Of a stretch of 64,000 bases of DNA, positions 24,625-38,733 are shown piece after piece. This DNA comes from Vitrella brassicaformis CCMP3155 (Eukaryota > Protista > Chromerida). A program made the translations under genes and the position numbers. The notes under the pieces are model-generated. The model searched no databases. It saw nothing but the letters and a program-made list of their open reading frames with translations, and was not told where the DNA came from. Location of the stretch: the NCBI GenBank assembly GCA_001179505.1, contig CDMY01000417.1:18511-82510 (forward strand), given 5' to 3'. Position 1 is the first letter of the stretch. Each line of letters opens with the position of its first letter.

Positions 24625-27600
24625 ATGGAGAAGGGCATCCCGAGGAAGAAGAAGAAGGAAAAGCAGAAGTCGGGTGGTGATGCCCACCATCACCAGGGAG
24701 AAGCAGCCAAGGACAAGGAGGGCCTGGACCACGCTCCAAACACGAAGGAATTGCTGGATCTGAAGCAGACTCGCCAGCTGTACAAGAGCAACCTCTACAG
24801 GTAGGTGAAGTGTCACATAGATCAGTCAGATGGATTCACGAAATGAATGAGTGCAGTGAGTGCACCACCTCATCCATCCGTCTGATCCATCCCCATGGCC
24901 ATGCCTTCCCTCTCCCTCTGTGTCTGTCTGATGTGTGTCAGGCTGCAACTGGAGGAGCTCTTGGCCAATGTGGGCGTCAAGGCAGCGCGCCTCAAGGAGT
25001 TCGGACCGCTGCTCATCGCTATCAACGAGACCCTCAACAGGCTCACCGGCCGCGACATCCCGGCTGATTTCGCCAGTGAGTTCCCCTCCTTGGTCTTCCA
25101 CTTCATCCTCCCCGCTGCGTTCACCTTCACGCGGCCGGCCAGAGTGGATGTCGTGGGCAGCTATGTGCTCAAGGCGGTGACCAAGCCTGTGACCAATATT
25201 GACATCGCCATGGAGATGCCCAAGGACATGTTCCTGGAGCGGGACCACATCAACTACCGGTGCGTACGTGTGTGCGTGTGTGGGGAGGGGGGGCACATGG
25301 GTGTGGTGCGGTGCGGTCGTGTTCACCCTGTTGGTTTCTGCGTCTGGACGATGGTGCCTGCAGGTATTTCGACAAGCGGGCTGCGTATCTCGGTGAGGTG
25401 CATCGCCAGCTGACGGATATCTGCACCAGCATCGACACACCGCAGCAGCAGCAGCCAGAACGACAAAAGAAGAAAAAGAGGAAGACTGGCGGCAGCAACA
25501 GCGAGGCCACCACCCCCGCCCCACCAGCACCAGCACCAACACCGACCAGCCCCCTCGCCCCTTTCCGCCCTTCACTGGCCTTCCACGCGTGGCACGGCGA
25601 CCCTCGCAAGCCCATCATCATCATGACAGTCACCCCGCCCCAAGACCACCCCTCCGCAAGGCGGTTTCACAACTGGAGGGTCCGGCTGTTCCCCGTCGTC
25701 AGCGACGACACGTTCCGTGAGGCGCGACTGGCGCCCAGTTGGAACTCGGTGCGTCAGCCGACCACGACGAGCAGCATGTTGGCTCTGGAAGAGTACAGGA
25801 GGAGTGTGCAGAAGGGTGGAGGGGAGAGGGTGGGCAAGAGCAGGGCGCAGGAGGTGGAGAGGGAGGGGCTGGCCCTGCCGCCCACTCCGGCCTACAACGC
25901 CGCTGTGCTCGAAGACATGCGGTCAGCAGAGGCAGGGAGCACAGCTAACAAGACAGACACCTGTGTGTTTCTTTGTTGACTGCAATCGTGTGCCTGTGTG
26001 TGTTCCGCGTCAGGATGCGTCGGCACGTGCATCTGTTGGTCGAGTGCCTCGAAAAGTGGCCCGCCCTCAAAGACACCCTCCACCTCATCAAGACATGGGC
26101 ATTCCAGCGGGGCTTTCTTGCCACACCCAAATGCCCCCACTTCACATCGGTCGACGGCTTTACCCTCTCACTCGTCGCAGCACACTGCACACGTGCCCAC
26201 AGTGGGGCCGCCAGCACAGCCGCCCCGCAGCTGTTCAAGCTGACCATGGCCTTTCTCGCCAGGCCGCAATTGCTGACCCACAAGTGGGTGTTTGGGAGGG
26301 GCGGTGGTGCGGCGAGGGGCGACAAGGATCCGCCGCAGGGACAGGGGGCGCTGTATGACTCGGACGAGGAGACGTTTAACGTGCTGTGGAGATGTGGGCT
26401 GCACATGCAGGTACAGATCGGAGGGAGGGAGGGAGAGAGAGGGATGGAGAGAGAGAGGGAGGGAGGGAAAGAGGCATGGATTGGGTCTGCTGTTGTCGCA
26501 GGAGCTTCACGACGAGGCGCGGCGCACTCTGTCCCTGCTGGAGTCTGCGAGCGACCCCTTCACGGCCCTCTTCGGCATCAGGTACCGGCCCGAGTTCTCA
26601 TGGGACCTCCACATACACGTACCCCACGACGCCATACCGCCCCCCAACAAACTCCCACAAGCCGTAAGCCACTCGACCCGACACACAGGTCAGTCAGTGT
26701 CATTTTCCCTGTTTGCCTGCTTTTGTCTGCCACAGGGCCTGTTTGATGATCATGGAGGGAAAGCGACAGAGTGGGAGCAGCTGCCGCATGTGGCCTTTGC
26801 CGCCACTTTGGTGGCCCTCTTGCGCAGAGGCCTCACCGATCGCGTCCATGGCTATGCCATTCGATTCGTCCCTCCCGCATCGTCCGGGAGCGAGAGTGAT
26901 GACGGCAAGTACTGCTGGCATGGCGAGGAGGTGCCCCCGCGGTGCTGCGGTGTGGCCGTGGGGCTCATGCTGGACAGGGAACACATGAACAGGGCCATCG
27001 ACAAGGGGCCCTCGGCCGACACTGCCGAAGCCAAACGATTCAAGTACACACACACACACACACACAGACGAGTATCCACATCACACGTGTGTGGTGGCTA
27101 TCTCAGTTTTCCGTGTGTGGTGCGTGTGTGTGTAGAGCGTTTTGGGGCGGCAAGTCGGAGATTCGCCGATTCCGCGACTCGTCCATCCTCGAATGTGTGG
27201 TGTGGCAGCCCCCGGCAACCGACTGCATCTTCCCTGAGGGCCACCCCACACATCCCTCCGTCCCCACACAGATCATCCGCCACCTTCTCAAGACCTACTT
27301 CCCCTCACTGCACGCCACCAACGACGTGCAAATGACGTCATCGGCGAAAAGCAACAAGCGCAAAGGGATAGAGGAGGAGGGGGCGCTGGCCACGGCAAGA
27401 GAGAGCGAGAGGTGTGTCATCCACACAGCGCCCCTGACGATGAGCCCATCGGTGTCTGATGACGGCACCGGCCTGTGGTCGGCCTTCAACGAGTTCAAGA
27501 GCCACCTCGACGAGCTGACGACGCTCCCCCTGGCCATCAAGGAGGTCAAGCCAGTGTCGCCGTCATTCCGCTACTGCGCCGTAGGCAGCGAGCCCAGGGC

Positions 27601-29634
27601 GGCCGGTGTCAGCAACACGCGGCTGCTGAGGGAGCTTAGGGGCGGTGCTGCGGCCCACACAGATGAGGAGGAGGATGGCGGCCACCGGCGTGTGCATGAC
27701 GTGGTAATAGAGTTTGAGGGCTCGGGAGCGTGGCCGACAGATGAGGCGGCGATTCGGAAAATCAAGACGGCGTTCCTCATCAAGCTGCAGTGAGCAAGAG
27801 ATCGAGAAGGAGAGAGGCCAGCTTAAGGCCGGCGGTCTATCCATGTGTGTGTGGAGTGTATTGTATGGTGTGCGTGGTGCGTCCTGTGTGCTATGCAGGT
27901 CTGACATGTCTTCTGAGTTTGGCATCGAATCCGATCTCACGGCCGCCTACGCCGACGTCAAATACCCTGACGTACGCACACACCCCGAGAGACGGAGCGA
28001 TGGACTGACTCATGCTGGCATCATATCCATCATGTGTGCTGCTGTCGTCTCCCACTCGCCACACCTATCCATCCATCCATCCACTCAGCACATCTTCCGT
28101 GTGCGCATCTTCCACCCGAAGGAGGTGGGGGGGATCGCTGCACAAGTCACCAACCCCGCACACAACCTCAAGGTCAGGTCAACCAACACACCAAAACACA
28201 CATGGCATGGCATGGCATGGACTTGTGTGTATTGTATTGTATTGTATGCGATGCGCCCGTCCTTTCTTCCCCCGTCCGTCAGACTCGGCCCGACGACGCA
28301 TCCCTGAAGGATCTTCGCGAGCTGTGGTGGCGGCCGCATGTGGGTGCCCTCCTGCGTGCGATGGCTTTGAGGAACCAGGCTTACAGCGCCACTGTGCGGC
28401 TGGTCAAGCAGTGGCTGGGCCACCAGCTGGTCGACCGTGCCGACGACTGGTGCGAGCACGTCGTGTATCGGGTGTTCCAAGACCCATCGCCCTTCATGGA
28501 GCCACCCAACACCCCTCATGTGGGTCTTGTCAGGTGAGAATACACAACGGAGAGAGGGAGGGAGGGGGTTTGATTTTGATGTCATGGCGCCTGCGAGATG
28601 ATATGTGTGGATGGTTGTGGTGTGCAGGTGTCTGTTGTTTGTGAGCGGCTTTGAGTGGGAGGGTGCGCCGCTGACGGTCGACCTTGACGAGACACTGGCG
28701 CACAACCCCGAGCAGCAGCACCAGCTGCAACTTGCATATGAGAGGTCCGGTCCGTGAGGCCTCCCATCCGACCCCGACCGCCGTGTCTGTGTATGGTGAT
28801 GTGATGCAGGGCTCATAGCAAGGGAGCGTCCACATCCCGCCTGCCGCCACTGTGGGTGTCCTCATTCTTCGATCCTCACGCCCTGCTGCTGCCCCTGCCC
28901 ACAGCCATGAACTGCAAACGCATCATCGCAAAGAGCAAGTGAGGGAGTGAGATGAAGATCCCCACACACAGGGGGTTGATTCGCAATGCCCGTGTGTGTC
29001 TCGCCTTATGGTGGTGGTATCTCTTTCTTTGTCAGGGCTGCCCTCGATGTGTTCCGCCAGAACTTCGAGCATCCATCCGCCGGCCTCAGGTGCACACGAC
29101 ATGGATGGATGGGCGGCCACACAATCACTCACCCCGTTGTTTGTGTGTAGGTGTTGGGCGCCTCTCTTCACCGCCCCCCTGTCTGCCTTCGATCTGGTGC
29201 TGCACCTCCACCCCCTCCCCAAGCTCGCCGCATTCATCGCCAAGACACTCGGCCGCCAGCACAAGAAGGAGCGACTCAAGACGCAAAGAGAGCAATTTGC
29301 AAACCTCCCAGCAAGCAGCAACCAAGACCCTGATGGCAGCACCGACATCCACCCAGAGGCGCTGTCTGACCAAGCCATGGCCGGGGGCCTCACAGCCATG
29401 CTCGTCAATCAGCTGCGGCAGCGGTTTGCTGGCACGGCTGAGTTCTTTTACAACCCGCTGCTCGCCCCGCCGCCCTTGATTGCGGTCAAGCTCCATCCGT
29501 CGGCTTTTGAGCTGAAGTTGGCGGGCGGGGAGGGTGAGAGAGGAGGGCAGAGTGCGAGTGTAGCTTTTCTGGGTCATGTGATGGCCAGCATGGGAAAGGG
29601 GCTGGTGTCACACCCGCAATTTGTGGCCAAGTGA
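24625..29634 (+). CDS. NOL6: Nucleolar protein 6 / Utp22 (Nrap family), multi-exon
   Basis: LYKSNLYRLQLEELL, VDVVGSY...NIDIAMEMPKDMFLERDHINYRYFDKRAAYL, IKTWAFQRGF, FWGGKSEIRRFRDSSILECVVW, VVIEFEGSGAWPTDEAAIRKIKTAF, VRLVKQWL. Confidence 0.93.
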
Positions 29635-29946
29635 GAAGCGTGTGGTGCTGTGTGTCGTGTGTGGTGTGTCGATGAGATGTGTGACGAGACGTCGGGGCGT
29701 CACGTGTGCGTGTGCGTGGGACTATTGCTGGACAGATTCAGTGACACACACGGACAAAATTCGCATGCACACACGTGTGATGCAATGTCATGTCTGCAAC
29801 AAAGTTGACGTGATCGAGAGGACAAGGGCAGAGAGACGCGCTGGCTATTTACAGAGCATGCAATCAATAAATGATGGATGGACTTGGTCAAAACGGAAGA
29901 AAACAATCGTCTGGGGCCTCTGCACAGCCATCCATTCTCCCGCCAT

Positions 29947-31367
29947 TCACCACCTCATGTGCCCCCGCTGGGTGGTCATCTCAATCATCGGCTGCTCGGC
30001 CTGCACACACACGTCATGCGCCAAACAAAGTGCCCCCCATCTACAGCACACTGGCCGCCCTTGTGTTGTACCTACCGCTTCGTCGAACTCGGGTGACGTT
30101 TTGAGTAGTTCCATCATGGCCTCCCTGACCTTGTCCTTGAGGATCTCGACCTTCTGCTCGTGCGATATCTCCGTCACCTCCATGCCGTCAAGCCCCTCCT
30201 GAGATTCCAGCGGCAGCTCGGACGGCTCACTCCAACTCTGACACACACACGGAGAGAGATGAGCGTATACAGGTTTCCGTTTTGTGCTGTTGTGTTGAAG
30301 CTGACTGACCTCTGGGGCTATGGGGTCTCCGATGGCCACGTAGCACGTCCCCGGCGACGCGAGGTACGACCCCAGAGGCCATATCTTGGGCGTGCTGTGC
30401 ACGACTGACGCACACACACGCAGACACACACAGCAAGCCATGCGAAAAGGGTGGGTGGACACATTCTCTCCAGTCGCCTGTCGCGTACCCATGGGCAGTA
30501 TCTCGAGGTGCTCGTCGACGGCGAATCTGAAGAAGCCATCCTTGAACATCTGCAACCGGCCCGTCGTGCTCCGTGTGCCCTCGGGGAATGTCACTATGCC
30601 GATCCGCAGGTCGAGAAGCTGCCTGCATCGCTGATATTGACGCGCACACACACCCAGAGATGGCATCAATCATGCCTGCCGGACAACTCGCCACGGGTGT
30701 GTGTGTCTTATCGCATACATCGAACATCTTCTTGACCGTTCCCGGCTCCGTACCAAAACCACCTGCACTCGCACACACATGGACAAACACAGACATACGC
30801 CGATATCATCTGCCCCCCGACGTTCCCTCGCTCCCTCTGTTACCCTTTGATTTGTTGAAGTAGATGGGCACGTCGCCCGACAGCCGGAGTGCCCACCCCA
30901 GTATGGGCACCTGCCGCAGCGACGATTTGTAGACGTACTTGAGGGGCCAGGGGTACAGGCAGTAGTTGGTGATCCATGGGTCTGCGCCAGACAGGTGGTT
31001 GCACATGACCAGAGTCCGCGATGGGCAGTAACCCCGGGGCGCCCTGCGGATCACCTTGACGCGCCAAAATGGGCTCAGAAGGATGGCCACTGAGAGAGGA
31101 CAGAAAGCGCAAGGAGCACAACACAACCAATGCATGCATCTCCTCTCTCTGCGTGCTTTCCTTACAGAAGCTCCCCCCGCGCATCAGGTGGCCCATGAGC
31201 AGCTCCTTGAGCCTCGCATTACAGATGAAGCACAGCAGGCAGAGCGCCCAGAAGGCCAGCTGCAGCACCAGGCTCACGAAGCCGAACAGAAACATCAGAA
31301 GAAACATCCATGCCGTTGCCACCACCCGCACTGTCTTAGAGAGGCAGGGGTCACCCTCGGGCACCAT
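29947..31367 (-). CDS. 1-acyl-sn-glycerol-3-phosphate acyltransferase (PlsC/LPAAT family)
   Basis: N-terminal transmembrane segment, the HxxxxD motif NHLSGADPW, KYVYKSSL.QVPILGW, and VTFPEGTRSTTGRLQMFKDGFF. Confidence 0.92.
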
Positions 31368-31827
31368 TTTCAGTGTCCAGCGCTTCTGCTACAAGCTCGC
31401 GCTTCGGTTTTTAAACCGCTCTCTCGGTTTTTCAACGCCCTAACTCGGGAATCGGCTTTGACAGAAATGCGCCGCTTCGGCGCTTAGCGGCGGCAGCAGG
31501 GCGCCAAATTCAACGCTGCTGGCACGGCTTAGGCATCGCAGCCCAATTCGCAGCCGTCCCGGGCCACGTCCGGCTCATTCGCAGCGCGCTGTGATCCATA
31601 CATCGCCAGCGGCACACAGCAGCACCTCCTGTGGACCACTACACACAGCAGCGCTATTGCAGCAGCGCCTTGAAACACTCTGAGCCTGATGAGTACCTGG
31701 AGGACACCGGTGGGCAGAACACAGCACAGACAGTGAAGAAGGACGTACAATGGATACACTTGCATTCATTGACCCTTTCCAGGTCGCATTGGTCATGACG
31801 GCCTTTTCGAGTTAGGCTGCCGTCGGT

Positions 31828-33765
31828 ATGGGCGAGGTGGAGGTGCAGGTGGAGGTGCACGTGGAGGGGGGCTTGGAGGGAGGGTGGTGGCTGGTTGGCA
31901 ACGACGATGACATTCCCCACGCCCTCACCGGCTTCAGTCTTTTGAGCAGGGTGCGGCTGCTGCCCAGTGGGGGTCCCGACTCGGTCGTGCGGTACATGAA
32001 CTCGCTGTACCGCACGAATCGCAGGGAGGAAGCAGGGGAGGCTGTCAACATCATGGGTATCATACCCGGGCTGCCACTCGATGCCAGACATGTCGGCGAG
32101 ATCTCCCAGTACCTGCCAGACATACGGGTGGGAGGGGGGTTCTGGGGGGTCATCATGCAGCTGGGTCGAGGGGAGAGGGTGGGCGACCTGGCCTTTAGGA
32201 AGTACTTCACTTCTCCCCAACACCGAAATGGGCCCACGTACGTACGCAAGAAAGAGAACAGCACCCTGTGTGTTGGCGGGAAGATATGTCCCCTGTGTGT
32301 GCTTATTTGCAGCATTCTGCTCTCGATCTATGCTGCTGCGTTGGCCATCAGCGCCGATCCGCTCCCTCGCCCCTCCCCCTCCCTCTCCCCCTCACCATCA
32401 GCGTCAGCATCAGCATCAGCATCAGCATCAGCCTCGGCATCAGCATCAGCCTCGGCATCAGCAGCATCCCCGCCGCAGACACTGCAGCCCGCCGGGCCAT
32501 CCCCGTCACGCAGCGGCGCACCAGGCACGTCATCTGACCCTCCCAGTGAGGCCCCCAGATCGGTCAACGCCACGCCATCGACCGACAGGGACCCCATGAG
32601 GGTCTACGTGTTGGGTGTGGGCGGGATCGGTAGCTTGGGGGGGATCGGTAGCTACGCCATACGCGACGGCACAACTCCTTCGTGCCTGTCACCGGTAAGG
32701 AAGCACAGCACGGACGGCCAGATGTGATTGATGCGATGCACACATCCACTCACAATTCTGTTGTTGTGTTTTGTGTGTCTGTCTGTGCAGGACATGCAGT
32801 TCATCTGGCGACTCAAGACGCAGCGAGAGGACGGGACGCTCAGCGATGGGGTCACCGGTCAGGCTGCCAAGGAGTTCGTGGACGGCATCGCCACTGACGA
32901 CGCCAAGTGCATGCAGTTCCTCAAGGATGACCTCATGTTCGCGGGCTTCGACCACAGCCAGGACTACTGGACCGGCACCATGGCAGCACTGTCCTTCCTC
33001 TCGGGTCGGGCGGTCGTCCAGGATGACCAGGACGACGGTGCAGAGGTCAGGACGACAGTGTCCGACAGGGAGATCGGGCAGGACGTCCAATGGCAGTTCG
33101 AGATCGACGGCACCAAGCTCCACCACCTGCACCTGGCCGCCCAGCGAGACAGGGGCGCGGTGGCCGAGAGGGCAGGGGCGAGGGCGGGGGCGCAGGAGGG
33201 AGGCAGTCTCGAGGCCCTGGCCGAGTGCATCTCTCGCGTCAGGGACGGGCAGCAGAGCTGGTTCAGCCTCGCCCGCCTGTACGTCACCGACGAGTCCGAG
33301 ACCGTAGAAAACTTCGCCGACAGGCTGGCCGAGTGTTTCGGGGTGCAGAAGCTGCCAGCAGAAGGCGTGGACGCCGTCATCGAGGGCCAGACGGACCGCA
33401 TCGACGCCGGCAAGACCATCATCTCGCAGCTGATTGTGGCAGATCCGCTGCAGAGGGGCACGCCGGCAGCGGAGGAGGTGCTGCGGCAGATGACGAGCTT
33501 GATCGAGGCGCGGCCCATCAGGATTCGCGACGAGAGGATGCAGATGCGGGCGAGGAAGGCTGGCTGGCCCCACAACCACTTCTATGTGCGGCTACCCAGG
33601 TGGGTGAATGGGTGGCGGGATGGACGGATGGATGAATGGATGAGTGTGTATCACCTCGTGTGTGTGTGTGTGTGCTGGGTTTGTTGCAGGGGAGGAACCA
33701 GAGGCGTCGGTGTGATGGATTGGTTGGGAGCGGGAGGACGGCTGGCTGGACAGGGGGTCGGATGA
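31828..33765 (+). CDS. Unknown protein, paralog A of a convergent pair (one internal intron 32695-32790)
   Basis: Extensive peptide similarity to 34463-36172 (DPMRVYVL, MQFIWRL, FDHSQDYW, WQFEIDGT, SLEALAECISRV, DPLQRGT, RKAGWPHNHFYVR). The start and the terminal exon are uncertain. Confidence 0.75.
32398..32462 (+). repeat. (TCAGCA)n coding repeat encoding poly(Ser-Ala) in paralog A
   Basis: tcagcgtcagcatcagcatcagca...; absent from paralog B. Confidence 0.85.
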
Positions 33766-33853
33766 TGGCTGGCAAACAGACAGACAGACAGACAGACAGA
33801 TAGACAGACGGACAGGCGGCCAGACTGGTTTGTAATACGTACGTACGTCCAGA

Positions 33854-34099
33854 CCAGACGTGTTTGTTGATAGCAAGATGGAGCTCCATGAATGCAGTGC
33901 AGCCCTCGAAAAGAGCCCACCTGATTCCCGCCAAAAGAGTCCGGCGTCTTGACGGGTTCTTCTGCTGGGAGTAAAGCCAGAAGTGCTCAATTGGAGAGAA
34001 GAACTTTGACAGAGAGAGCAAACGGCGCTTGCTCTTTCTGTGTGTACCTGTCCAAGCTCTTCTCTCCAACGTGAGCACTTCTGGCTCCCCTCCCAACAA
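33854..34099 (-). mobile_element. Possible degenerate Tc1/IS630-type DDE transposase C-terminal relic
   Basis: RRLLSLSKFFSPIEHFWLYSQ resembles the LPKF..ELNPIE..W motif that carries the catalytic Glu of IS630/Tc1 transposases. Short and degenerate. Confidence 0.4.
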
Positions 34100-34462
34100 T
34101 GTTAATGGGATTTGTGTGACTGCATTCCATTTATGGATGGCATTGTGTGTATGTATGTATGTATGCATCAATCAATCATGCCATGCGGTGTTGGTCAAAC
34201 GGAATGCAATGAATTCATTCCACGCCACACGTGTGTCGATGACTGCATCCACTTCAATCAACGAAAAGTCTCAATCCAGAAGCACAACTCACCGCTGGCG
34301 ATTCACATCCAGAGCCCTTCGATCGACAAATACGTCGACACGCACGCAAAACCAGTCCTTCTGTCCGTGAGCCATCATCCGACCGCCTGACCAGCCGGCC
34401 GCCCTCCCGCTCGCAACCAAGTCAGTCAGTCAGTCAGTCACACGTCTGGTTCCTCCCTGCAC

Positions 34463-36741
34463 CTAACAGAACACACACACACACACGCACAAGCTTATAA
34501 TGCATGCGATGCGTCTGTGGGCACACCCATGGCCACCTACACACCCATCTGCCCACCCGGAGGTCGCGAACGGGTTAGGTACCCGCACATAGAAGTGGTC
34601 GTGGGGCCAGCCAGCCTTCCTCGCCCGCAGCATCATGTAGTCGTCCTCGTCGCGAATCCTGATGGGCCGCGCCTCGATCAGCCGCGTCAGCTGATGCAGC
34701 ACCTCCTCCGCTGCCGCCGTCCCCCTCTGCAGCGGATCGGGCCTGATCAGCTGTGCGATGATCGTCCTGCCGGCTCTGATGCGGTCGCGGAAACCCTTAA
34801 CTTTCTCATCCATGACGGCATCCACGCCTCCTCCTGGCACCTCCTGCACCTGGAAACAGCTGGTCAGACGGTGGACGAAGTTCTCTACGGTCTCGGACTC
34901 CTTCGTGACACACAGGCGGGCGAGGCTGAACCAGCTCTGCTGCCCGCCCCTGACGCGAGAGATGCACTCGGCCAGGGCCTCGAGACTGGTGGCCGCTGTC
35001 GTCCCGCCTCCCTCCTGCGCCCCCGCCCCCGCCCCTGCCCCCTCGGCCACCCCGCCCCTGTCTCGCTGGGCGGCCAGATGCAGCAGATGCAGATTGGTGC
35101 CATCGATCTGGAACTGCCATCGGAGGTCCTGGTCGATCTGCCTCCCCGTCTGCTCGATGACCCTTTTGCCCGAGAGAAACGACAGCGCCGCCATCGCCCC
35201 GCTCCAGTAGTCCTGGCGGTGGTCAAACCCCGGAAACATGAGATCCTCCGTGAGGAACTGCATGAAGAGGGCACCGTCTGTGCAGATGCCGTCCAGGAAC
35301 GCCTTGGCAGCCAGATTGGTGGCGCCACCACTCAGCGTCCTGTCCTTCCGCTGGTTGTAGAGCCGCCAGATGAGCTGCATCTCTGGCGAGAAGCATGACT
35401 CCTTGCCCTGCACCGAGAAGGTCCCGTCGGTCTTGCCGCAGCAGTCGATGTGCCCCACCTCCAAGACGTAGACCCTCATGGGGTCCTTGTCGGTCTTGGC
35501 CGCGTCATCCCTCTCATACAGCGGCTCGTTAGCCATCTCACCCGGTGTCGTGGCCGTCTCGGGTGGGCTGTCTGGTGCGCCGCTGCGTGACGGGCGAGAG
35601 CCGGTGTATGGGGGCTGCAGTGGCTGGGGCGTGGATGAGGGGCTGGGGGAGGGTGAGGCGTGACGGGCCTCATCGGGCGACGACACAGTGGGCGGATCGG
35701 CGCTGATGGCCAACGCAGGTGCGGAGATGGAGAGCAGAATGCTGCAAAACAACTCACACAGGGGGAGAGAAGTCTTGATGGATCTTCCTGTGCAGAGTTG
35801 CTCTTGTGTTGCATACTTGGTCCCGTTTTGGTCAGAAGTGAAGTAGGTCCTAAACGCCATCTCGCCCTCCATCTCCTGCCGACCCAGGTCCATGATGGCC
35901 CCCCAGTGATCCCCTGCTGCCGCCTCCTGGACCATCATCTCAGGAGGCACGAGAGTCCTGTGAATCTCCAGAAGCCTGCGCAGCATGTCCATGACGCCCC
36001 ACAGTTTGGCCGACTCCAGCTCGTCCTCGCATGCCCCGAGAACCCTCAGATACGAGTCAATCTGATCGGCACTCCTGGCATCAAGTGGCAATGCCCTCTC
36101 GAATTGTGACAGGTAGAGACACCGCTTTGCCTTCTCGTCGAGATTCGTGTCGATCGACTCTATGTACCGCACGACCGACGAGGGGCCGGCACATTGGGCA
36201 GGAGTAGCAATCTTGCCATGGTGAAGCTGCGACTGAAGTCCCGCGGCTTGTCCATGACGGGCGCCGGTATGTCGGCAGGTGCGGGCGGCACAACAGCGGA
36301 TCCACCTTGATGGTATGGGTTCTGCGAGAGCTCCTGGAACTCCTCAGGCGGGACGACCGCTGCCATAGGCTGGCGAGGGCGAGAGGGGGTCTGGGTGGTG
36401 GCAGGGGGACACGCACTGCTGGTCGTCGCTGCACCGCCGGCCGATGACTGACGGGTAGCAGCCGCCCGTGCAGTGGTGTCCTGGGCGGGGGGTGGCGGGT
36501 CGGTGATGACCCAGTCACCGTCGGTGGCCTCCTCGCCAAGCATGCGGGCCTGGTGTTTCTTGGCCGCCCTGCGGGCCCTGCTGCGAGTGCCGCCGAAGTC
36601 GACGAAGCCCAGCTCGTCGTGCAGTGGCGTGACGGCCATCTCGCGGCTGGCGGCGTCCTGCCAAAGGACCTCGGGGTCGTCTGATGGGCGGCAGGGAATG
36701 GGACCAGGGGCGGTCTCCAGGTCGCGGCGGAACAAGAACAT
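34463..36741 (-). pseudogene. Unknown protein, paralog B: family N-module fused through a frameshift (~36190) to a 569-codon ORF
   Basis: The MFLFRRDLET ORF (36160-36741) overlaps the long ORF (34463-36172). Against paralog A (LLPSGGPDSVVRY) there are 17 nt instead of 15 nt between CCC and TCG GTC, a +2 shift. Confidence 0.75.
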
Positions 36742-36798
36742 GCCGCTGGTGGTGCTAATGATAACACCGGGCGTCCAGGGGACAGCTGCGACGCCTAA

Positions 36799-38613
<1,815 letters not shown>

Positions 38614-38733
38614 CGAGCGATTCGTGCTAAGGCCAAGACAGCGATTCATGCATAGTCTGCATGTCAGTCAGTGCATACGTCTTAGCGACATTTGGTCTAT
38701 CAAGGCTTATGGGTGTAGACACGAACGAATCGA

